Source: Escherichia phage BAU.Micro_ELP-22
Length of the DNA stretch: 64,000 nt
Sequence record: OR699282.2
Direction: 5' to 3' (one strand)
Shown: positions 51,501 to 57,096 of the stretch, one piece after another
Numbering within the stretch: the stretch's first letter is position 1
How the letters are laid out: every line of letters starts with the position of its first letter
The notes under the pieces: generated by a model
Told to the model about the DNA's origin: nothing
What the model saw: the letters and a program-made list of their open reading frames with translations, nothing else
Database searches by the model: none
Made by a program: the position numbers and the translations under genes

Positions 51501-52548
51501 GAACCCACAAAGATCCATTCCAGTACATAGAACTATTACCATACTCATTACCTTTAGTGATTAGAACAACATCACCATCTTGAGGTTCACCACTTGGGCG
51601 TGATTCGGTTTCTTCTTCTGGATCTAGTGCTAAACCATAAACACGAGTACCATCTTGCATTTTTTTCACATATACATTATAAATTCTATTGTTTTCACCA
51701 TTGTTACCAATACTGGTGAATAGAATACGCATTCCATCTTGCGGAATAATACCATCAATACGTATACCACTATTAATATCTTTTTGAACGATATCTTCAG
51801 GTTTAATAATATCAGAGAACAGATCAACAGTTCCACGGAATTTTGTACCGTAGTTAATTAGCTCAATATTTTTATTATATTCAATAATTGGTGCACGTGC
51901 ACGAATAAAACGTGAATCTTGCATTAATTCTTCAGTTAATATTGAGCCATCTTCTAATGTTTCACCTAAAGTATACCAAAAGTTTTGTAGTGACCATGTA
52001 TTACCATTAAGTGCTCCACGTTCCATTACAATGTAATCAGGTGAAGTAATATTATAAGAGTTTTTAGTATCCCAAAGATATGAGCTAAAATTGTTCATTT
52101 TATTTGGGTTAATAGCTGGAGTCCATGCATAAAACTTACCGTTGAACAAACGGCTTTCATTATCGGTTAGTGCTCCATAATGATTCATGTATCCAACTAG
52201 ATCATCATAAAATTGAATTGAACGAATTGTCGAATCATCATTTTTTGAGACGTAAGCAGTGGACAACTGATAAAGTTGACGTGCTACAGTACTTTCATGT
52301 AAGAAGATATTACCAGCAGCGGCAGGAGAACCCATATCACCAATATAGCCGTCAACTAATTCGTTTTCAGCCGGATTAAACCATTGTTGAATAACATCAT
52401 CACTGACTTTTTGAATATCTTCTAAGCCTTGCATCCACTCAGGCAATCTTTTAATAAAAAGCTTCTTCTGTACTGCTTCAGCCATCTGTGTAGGTTGAAA
52501 CTTAAAATTATTAGTCATTTTTGGACTCCATATAATTCGTTCATTCAT
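42547..52548 (-). CDS. giant protein (3333 aa), probable baseplate or tail component
   Basis: Uninterrupted 10 kb frame directly downstream of the baseplate-J-like gene; alternative ATG at 52518 has a GGAG SD. Confidence 0.65.
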   Translation of the reverse strand: MNERIIWSPKMTNNFKFQPTQMAEAVQKKLFIKRLPEWMQGLEDIQKVSDDVIQQWFNPAENELVDGYIGDMGSPAAAGNIFLHESTVARQLYQLSTAYVSKNDDSTIRSIQFYDDLVGYMNHYGALTDNESRLFNGKFYAWTPAINPNKMNNFSSYLWDTKNSYNITSPDYIVMERGALNGNTWSLQNFWYTLGETLEDGSILTEELMQDSRFIRARAPIIEYNKNIELINYGTKFRGTVDLFSDIIKPEDIVQKDINSGIRIDGIIPQDGMRILFTSIGNNGENNRIYNVYVKKMQDGTRVYGLALDPEEETESRPSGEPQDGDVVLITKGNEYGNSSMYWNGSLWVRAQSKTSVNVFPKFQLYDRNGIKLDNSTTYPSSNFKGSELFGFKINYNYATDSVYGYNIELGDYNYYIYENFLQSQRYTYDHLGKEVEIDGLYYYNIIDENNEMNLQTDWVRSEEYSKQFVKQTPQVQRTDMYRVFSTVYDMEVFKEPVDGMYAYVIEVDRTYQYYKADRETYLDWHPITGDGVQIVKYDHTFELAQKVLDNDSDIIEVVVDGVDVSKYTKNVSKGQVQSITLDSTVELDEDSVIQIRTYSSTVTPNKELGAYEVPINLQNNPYNSNIIYINQGDYTLHFQDIIQKNITRGSSDDFNDYEERLAKGLVNNGVGTKIIQNEASMLPLMAHTANEDIDLFEATMFMQSEYFRFINKFNTQMLRMYDENPSDFLQNSAANIVDAILTTINMGRDSSFPFYYDNVGSTSGFIRAFIPPTPQFLGILQAYVPEKATFLTAGSKPSCYNISHTGIISKAYRVINGVDKMDDVVYELENRIFNSIDNKFKDVDYVPVLNSDDLFPTPYFTKTEYSAEEKQTLLLRGYINFTATNGISNSTHDYDPNNWRTWNYTGTYYVVNGQSTEIPARGSWRAIYTDQYGTYRPATHPWEMFGFTQRPTWWNQEYEPTAVQVGERDSDVVYVYEALVMNEQGDLVPSGLWDIDGTIGDSSTGTILFGDRRGQYDKYKRFGVQPFKITKTGNKTSSGIDICVVEYIAPEILGLVSGSLNHRAEPWTYGDMGDMEFTYMNTTLFAYDQMMLLYKAKPAQFANYFWDTRNDNLKEVFTDGSQFLYGDTRKRINFDKNTVVHGENSTRTIGYQMFVSDHLMYQNKNITTKYGDVVRSSYINVGHKIGGFTKADQLTFNAKSFGLISQENQTIGLVRSNNIRDEQMSAIKITWNGSAYQIDGYDLVGAKFKYKLPVKNGRKVTLKLENRNVVHYNEWKSEASIEYGKVFNSYQEVYTFICGYGEYLKEHGWIFEDVNDSGAQQDWNTIAKDFVIWSQNSLVTGEFISCTPSAANAKFGADFGSVQSITQNNGGVWSLLDDNNQGIRQYEIETSRIGNIFTVRTLESNKRIALIRLSLCSYEHAVIFDDKTIFGDYIYQPTYGSIQELIKMYGYITGSWTGRLQAPGFIILEAGTLPSFEKLVSDFQHYYDSETPVSDVQLQELSNHLIGYQSRDYLQRMISSDVSRVDFYKGFIHDKGTNQVLERVLRVSKSYDTDEYKALQEWAFKIGTYGNIDGKKNLQFKLINDQFKQQPQMVSFDVNATSNGNGNHIVYFGEQGKDPRWITRPNGKFSFPMRSGRSENIQLPDIGPVTLDEVSYTTKDFSTAYNDRITYTNGKGENPESVWMFKDGNGLWNIFELVDTNVQMVSITPIENTDVYAEQFCKVTLTDNVPLEDGDYYYFVDETNFMPDTLTVESQYYTAGSDPKVMVVPFDTSIDIEFTDPDTRPRLYRYVSRFASTDERQAYIDKKYSFKAPQSTLFDRPTTYDERTNITELYLNVYDPINGVIPGAAMQNVTYTSPVDPAQYNSNGELIQAWGADKVGQVWWNTSTAFYLDYTRAIYDADGNVDIDATNEYKRYNWGRLLPHSTIDVLEWVCSPVEPYNWDKYCKDVAKKNKNNTMYLPSGTALEDNYSTFLEYDSSTDSYVTKYYFWVRDTIYVPPLHTRTKSCTDIARIIKDPTQLNIPWFAPINENSFILSNMQFKVNDDTSILTVSYYMDSTEVVKHDQYQLCKEGDSYNFNPLIWDSMWNSLIGQETTESGSVINLLYPDVDNGLGSNKTWFQNVIEARRNFVESANNYYRSQNITTNSVVMEDVFNVKTTEVNPNEVSFRVLSYNNELVIAVESDKFKENDAVILSTSGYLPNPLTSSAVYFIHFDENGYIQLMNSPANAGSVVTITLENKGEGQHKMIKQSDYVESLGTSLDMTQYWSYADWYDVGYDSNTTYTQESSLEDANTKNYQVGDIIRVTDSENIWTLYIKSQSRDSIYWKAIGRENSTVELNDMLYADYSVHNDNGSLSNREINVRKALALLKNSFDLHQSEIVFDMVKYVHVEQSVVDWVFKTSYIYIVGLEQSLVQNYSNDNLINQIVEYFEEVKPYRTKIRSQIEQKTSDDDLIKGLCNDLDPNGYIFVDSSWIKTEKDIWDYEYAQFNEITQKWEQVGSLPSDFVTPNRRFQEIDIIMHYDNIQCKPNEDLASINELVSVNNKYQSNEKDAVSNYELQRYIYSFPEYSEETFDLLIAYQMQIYYPELDVTLGTAYGVNQWYKDHAEDLEATDEFTATLERVYKESTHNDMFTDLRQYVQYNTLANRLKLYKDISDEKIHDEVGCGFSGLTYNDNPSTRLPLGFSSSNDYNYGYFEISSELYQKYISLIKDKNPDASDYEVKVKLEVEYGVYVYRYDEVGGDTRFYTDAIHVLAGMRGLFDKDATDKYEKAEEILSKTPIDIYAITMIPRKYVYLNVNGVYQSIPDEQSIDDFMEDYFITNGEMVELAEINLDDLPLDQNNPMYSDYQYILDSITEAKYFNDMNAFDNLALESQTSSIKWEVKDDEVDPYIVDISDINPSGRDVGQIRFTVDGYGFDNVSLVQLRDNSRYQTEGMAIINPYKHTEAIVSIPSYAKIENDINKTTSKFDEKYFYRVRSINSLTEAEIVDNDLSDGDKVMIFTPDGEDFVRYQNHTWETILRVSNIKNNTTPILFTVRNTGKETIELIDESTGAVLRYDNITLAQQNEPVQPLALNIVRVRTFADPEFVKNGIKLYEQNRNYTIDVINYDVFYDTTLNGGKYNDGITPDDVDVWIISNEIFDVDGITIDNGYNLPITGAGVLSELARTKMTDSLEINVIEYDSSVIQPFRNNEGIWVYGFPMVDGMYIGVVGGTVTNITTISEENTTYVSQPKSISPYSIRNNVLSGSAANMNDIISIGYEKVEVRNANNLLRGVMYSAEHDFKLNTTYSFNGINLGNYDMLKRYTQNSYTIDLSVYTDSLQVSGNDIKNILLVK

Positions 52549-52563
52549 TTGATTTATTTATGA

Positions 52564-52590
52564 TATAAAAAAGGCGTTCCGAAGAACGCC
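52564..52590 (-). terminator. rho-independent terminator with UUCG tetraloop (minus strand)
   Basis: GGCGTTC-cgaa-GAACGCC; T-tract on the minus strand; lies between the J-like gene and the giant ORF. Confidence 0.55.
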
Positions 52591-52597
52591 CGTTATA

Positions 52598-55500
52598 TTA
52601 AGAACCGATATTAATATTACTTTTAGCTAGTGAGTTAACAATTTGAACATTTTCAACAGATGCAGTACTCAAAAATATTTGGTCTGAACGTGAAGGGATT
52701 TCAAATAGAGAGCCAAATTTTGAATTTGGATTTTGTGCAACTATAACAATGGTACTAATATGCCTACCTAACTGTGAGTGTATGTAAGTACACAAATCAG
52801 TATAATAGAAACTTTCACCGAAATCCCAGTTATCAACATTGAAGTATTCATTAGTTAATGCTATGACATTTTGACGAATTTCATCATCACTCATTGTGCT
52901 GTTTGGTAATTTCACTACTTTAAAATCAGCTTTGTAATCTTCAGCAGCACTGTTGCCAAATAAAGGTAAGTACTCAGCACTATGCCAAATAATACTATCA
53001 CTAATGACTATTTTTTGTTCAACATCTTTGAACATATCTTTCAATTCAACAGATGTAGGTGGTTTAGGAATACTACCAACAGCATTATTTTTCAACCAAA
53101 CGTCAACTTCAGTTTTATATGAATTGGTTAATACATACATATCAATTAAGTTTGTTCTACTAGGATCAATGCGATTGTCGTCAGGTGCATAGTGTTTCCA
53201 ATGGAAGTCTATACTAGTACGTGCATTAGTTTTAACAGTGTACTGTGAAGTAACATCTTTGTATCCATAATAATCTAGCTTCTGATTCTCGTCAGCATTA
53301 GTTCCCATGTTATTAATTGCACGATAAAAAGCCAATTCAGGACTAACAGTGCCAGTATCATCGGAATAAGTTAAATTACTAATTAGCTGTCCTAAACGAT
53401 CATTGTTATTACCAACTGTTTGTTCAATAAAATAATATTTACCATCATAGTTAAAACCAACTAAAAATCCAGAACCTTTACTATATAATCCACTCAATGT
53501 GGTTGAACGAATTGCGTTATTTCTAACAAATTCAGTTCTTTTATATGCATTCGGCTCTGCCAAGGCTTGTTCCATTGTATAAGACCACGATGAATCAAGA
53601 AGTGTGAAGGTATCATTTGGTAACGACAGTACTGATATAGTGAAATCACTATTTTCCTGAAATACCAAAATACCACCATATTTTAATGCATCGGTTCCAG
53701 TCCAAGTAGGAACAATTTCTTTAAATTGGTTTGGTTCCAATGGTATACCATTACTATCTACTTTCCTAGATGTAACAATAACACGAGAACCATCTAGATA
53801 GCCATTCTCTTGTTGAATTGTGTCATAAATTTGAAAATCTATATTACTTGTCAATCCTGAATTACTACTACTAGTAGTGTTAGATGATAAAATTTCAATC
53901 TTATCACTTTGAACTGTACCAGTACTAATATCAGTAATTTTTTTAGATGATACAAAGTAAAATCTTACTTTTTCTCCACCCACAAAAATATATTCAATAC
54001 CGTTAGCATCAAATTCCCAAGTTTCTGCTGTATATTTTACATTAATTATAATTAAAACTTCATTGCCATTATATACAATAGTATCATCGTTGGTACTTAC
54101 TTCAATAGGAACCCATGATGTCGTTTCTTTGTCATGTACAATAACAAAATCAGTTTTTTTATCTAGCATAGCAGAAATTGCTTGAACTTCAACCGAGTTA
54201 AATCTAGTTCTATATGGTAAAATGTACTCTATGGCTTGCATTCCACTTGGAACCGATGTACTCAGTACATAAAATCCATTATCCAATACACTAACTACAC
54301 TAGCCCATATAGTAGTTCCAGAATTAGAAAATTTAATTAGAGTACCAACCTGATATGAACCATAAACTGTACCAGATGAACCCAAAATTCTACCATATGT
54401 GTTAGTTGTATAATTTGAATTGTATACCGGAGTCCATGCTTGTTGTATTTCAATACCAATTGTATTTGATGGAAACGCTTGGTAACGTTGTATTACCGCA
54501 TTTTCACCAATCAATGGTTGAATATTGTCAATAACAATACTAGCATTTGTTTTTGTAGTTGGTAGCAATAATGACCTATTAAATTGTGTGTTTTCTTGAT
54601 ATAATGCACCATCATCACTAAAAACATCGGTATTTTGATACTTACCAGTAGGATCATTAATATCAATAAATCTTGATTGTCCACTATAAATTCTATTAAT
54701 AGCTTTAGATTTAAGTACAGTATTGCCTAAACTAAGTGGTGCAATATTATAATCTTCACCATTGACAAAACGGTTTTGTGTATAGTACATTTGTGGTGCA
54801 CGTGCTTTAATCTGCTCAATAGTCTCTGCACTTTGTGCACGGTCGGACTCATATTGTAATGAAAAACGTATATCCAATGTACTAGATTCATAACTTGACT
54901 GTGTTTTTGTACGATATGTATATTTTACGCTTTTGTTTTGAATTTCAGAAGTTTTAATGTTATATGTTTTACCATTACTAACACGATACCATACGCGGAA
55001 CGTCCCACGGGGAACAACACCACTTCTTGAGTCTGGATACTTAATTGTTATTTGATCTTTATCACGAGTAGTAACAGCAAAAATTGTTTTTAATTGACGA
55101 TTAACAGTGTTATATGCAATACTTTCCATTGATGGAACTTTTGTCCATTTGGTACGAACAATACCATCTTCATTTATTTCTTGAACCCATACATCAGTTT
55201 CGTTGATATTATCAACGTTAATATCTTGTATACGGTTCTCTTCACGGATAGCATATTGATAATCTTGATATGTCAATGTACCTTGTACGAAATATACAAA
55301 AAAACCAGTATTTGGTGAGCTAAATCCATTACCATCATTTTGATAAACAATATATTTTTGCTCTTGTGGTTCTGGATGTCGTTCTTCAACACCAACAGAC
55401 GTAATATCAGGATTCACTACTTCAAATGTCATAGATTCACCATTGACAGTTGCAATAAATGGAATACTGGGTGCTGTCATTGGGATTGTGTTCATTCGAT

Positions 55501-56059
55501 ATAGTTGACGGGAGACACCATTAACATCAATACGCTTGACTGGATTACCAAATTGGTTAGTACTGACAAATGAACTGTTCATTACTAGAATGAAGTTTTC
55601 ATACCAGTTAGCATCCATCGGGTCATTCCAACGAATGATTTTATCTTTTAATGATTCATTAAAACTATTACGAACATCTTGGTTTGTTTTAATTTCGGTT
55701 AATTTAGCAACTGCACGACCTGGATATGAGCGGCGTGGTGAGTAAGAAATCATTTTAGCTAGTTTTAGTACTGATGCACGACGAGTTGCAGTATCTAAAA
55801 AGTTTTCACGTGTGTTCAAATCCATACGAAATGCCAAGTTCTGCCCTAGCATAGAAATCGTATCTAAAATAAAAATAAACTGGTCGTTTTCGATCCAGTC
55901 GTTGAATGAGTCTGGGTAAGTTGCACGTAGATAATCAATCATACTCTGACGGATAGTATCGAAGTCATAAGCTGTAAGATTGATTTTATAAAAACTTTCA
56001 TATACTTGAGTCCAATCCTCACCAGCGTATAAATTTGATTGCCTTTTTTGTTGTGACAT
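52598..56059 (-). CDS. baseplate wedge protein, baseplate-J-like
   Basis: N-terminal pattern YDFDTIRQSMIDYLRATYPD...RENFLDTATRRASVLKLAK resembles baseplate-J family N-termini; synteny with a gp25-like gene. Confidence 0.55.
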   Translation of the reverse strand: MSQQKRQSNLYAGEDWTQVYESFYKINLTAYDFDTIRQSMIDYLRATYPDSFNDWIENDQFIFILDTISMLGQNLAFRMDLNTRENFLDTATRRASVLKLAKMISYSPRRSYPGRAVAKLTEIKTNQDVRNSFNESLKDKIIRWNDPMDANWYENFILVMNSSFVSTNQFGNPVKRIDVNGVSRQLYRMNTIPMTAPSIPFIATVNGESMTFEVVNPDITSVGVEERHPEPQEQKYIVYQNDGNGFSSPNTGFFVYFVQGTLTYQDYQYAIREENRIQDINVDNINETDVWVQEINEDGIVRTKWTKVPSMESIAYNTVNRQLKTIFAVTTRDKDQITIKYPDSRSGVVPRGTFRVWYRVSNGKTYNIKTSEIQNKSVKYTYRTKTQSSYESSTLDIRFSLQYESDRAQSAETIEQIKARAPQMYYTQNRFVNGEDYNIAPLSLGNTVLKSKAINRIYSGQSRFIDINDPTGKYQNTDVFSDDGALYQENTQFNRSLLLPTTKTNASIVIDNIQPLIGENAVIQRYQAFPSNTIGIEIQQAWTPVYNSNYTTNTYGRILGSSGTVYGSYQVGTLIKFSNSGTTIWASVVSVLDNGFYVLSTSVPSGMQAIEYILPYRTRFNSVEVQAISAMLDKKTDFVIVHDKETTSWVPIEVSTNDDTIVYNGNEVLIIINVKYTAETWEFDANGIEYIFVGGEKVRFYFVSSKKITDISTGTVQSDKIEILSSNTTSSSNSGLTSNIDFQIYDTIQQENGYLDGSRVIVTSRKVDSNGIPLEPNQFKEIVPTWTGTDALKYGGILVFQENSDFTISVLSLPNDTFTLLDSSWSYTMEQALAEPNAYKRTEFVRNNAIRSTTLSGLYSKGSGFLVGFNYDGKYYFIEQTVGNNNDRLGQLISNLTYSDDTGTVSPELAFYRAINNMGTNADENQKLDYYGYKDVTSQYTVKTNARTSIDFHWKHYAPDDNRIDPSRTNLIDMYVLTNSYKTEVDVWLKNNAVGSIPKPPTSVELKDMFKDVEQKIVISDSIIWHSAEYLPLFGNSAAEDYKADFKVVKLPNSTMSDDEIRQNVIALTNEYFNVDNWDFGESFYYTDLCTYIHSQLGRHISTIVIVAQNPNSKFGSLFEIPSRSDQIFLSTASVENVQIVNSLAKSNINIGS

Positions 56060-56123
56060 AATTTATTCCTTTAAATCAGTAAAGTACTAGTTCAGTACTG
56101 GGAATTATATATAGAAATATTTA

Positions 56124-56156
56124 TTCAAAAAGAAAAGCACTCCGAAGAGTGCTTTT
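56124..56156 (-). terminator. rho-independent terminator with UUCG tetraloop (minus strand)
   Basis: GCACTC-cgaa-GAGTGC with flanking A/T runs. Confidence 0.55.
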
Positions 56157-56160
56157 GTAA

Positions 56161-56556
56161 TTATAAAGACGATACTGAATATGTTGCCATTCTGTTATTA
56201 CTTCTTGCATCGAATACAATAGTAAGTTCTTCTAATGTATCCAATACTACGTACTGTAATACAATATTCATTTGGTATCCATATTCTATTCTTGAAATTT
56301 GCAATTTCTTAAGATTTAAGCGTGGATCTAAGCTAATTATTCTACGGGCATCTGCTTCCAAAAGGTTGATAGTATTATAACCTTCCAATTCAAACAGCAA
56401 ATCCCATGCAATAAAACCATAGTCAGCATCAAATGCTCTTTCGCCTTTTTTTGTATTGAAATGATTCATTAAATCTTGGCGAACCAATTCACTATCATAC
56501 AATGTTTCAGTTCTACCCACTACTGGGGTAGAAAAACCTTTAAAAACAACTGCCAT
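56161..56556 (-). CDS. baseplate wedge protein, gp25-like
   Basis: 131 aa; KGERAFDADYGFIAWDLLFE block of the kind found in gp25-family proteins, by recollection only; AAGGAAA SD. Confidence 0.55.
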   Translation of the reverse strand: MAVVFKGFSTPVVGRTETLYDSELVRQDLMNHFNTKKGERAFDADYGFIAWDLLFELEGYNTINLLEADARRIISLDPRLNLKKLQISRIEYGYQMNIVLQYVVLDTLEELTIVFDARSNNRMATYSVSSL

Positions 56557-56571
56557 TGACTATTTCCTTTA

Positions 56572-57060
56572 TTATACGGATTCAACAATACGTGCCATCT
56601 TTTCCGCTCTTGAAGTGGTTTGTTTATACCATGTACTATCACGCAATTCCTTACCAGCAGTTTTATAATCAGCCTTACCTAATGCGGTCATTGCTTTTTT
56701 AAATTTTAAAACTTTGGTTTTGCCCATCTGGAATACCATCAACCATAATACACGTTGAACCTGTACAGGTGCGGTCATACCAAATTGTTCATAAATTGAT
56801 TTTGCATCATTGTACGCAGTTTGAGCATCTTTAAGAAGAAGTTGGTCAGCTTGTGCTTCTGTTAAACCATTCTTGAAATTTTCACCAGGTAAAACTAGGT
56901 GACCATAGCCAATAGTATCAAGACCTAAGCTGTCTTTATATACCCAAAACTTATCATTTTTAAAATAACCAAGTTTTTTCTGATAAGCAATAGTTCCTTC
57001 AAATTCTTTAATTTCCTTAAAAAATTGCTCATCTGTATTTTTAATTTCCCATTTACTCAT
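56572..57060 (-). CDS. GH24 (T4-lysozyme-type) lysozyme
   Basis: EFEG...YKDSLGLDTIGYGH...LWLMVFQMGKTKVLKF...STWYKQTTSRAEKM matches T4 lysozyme blocks, with catalytic Glu/Asp/Thr positions conserved. Confidence 0.85.
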   Translation of the reverse strand: MSKWEIKNTDEQFFKEIKEFEGTIAYQKKLGYFKNDKFWVYKDSLGLDTIGYGHLVLPGENFKNGLTEAQADQLLLKDAQTAYNDAKSIYEQFGMTAPVQVQRVLWLMVFQMGKTKVLKFKKAMTALGKADYKTAGKELRDSTWYKQTTSRAEKMARIVESV

Positions 57061-57076
57061 AAAGATATCCTCGTTT

Positions 57077-57084
57077 TATTTATA
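57077..57084 (-). promoter_or_regulatory. T4-type late promoter box TATAAATA (minus strand)
   Basis: Exact TATAAATA 16 nt upstream of the lysozyme ATG, followed by GAGGA SD. Confidence 0.5.
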
Positions 57085-57096
57085 GTACTAAAATAT

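Noticed and set aside
42547-56059. Small ORFs on both strands inside the giant and J-like genes (e.g. 45483-45677, 47389-47658, 50339-50640, 52953-53192)
   Set aside because: All are shorter than 100 codons, embedded within much longer continuous frames, lack SD sequences, and have AT-rich skewed composition.
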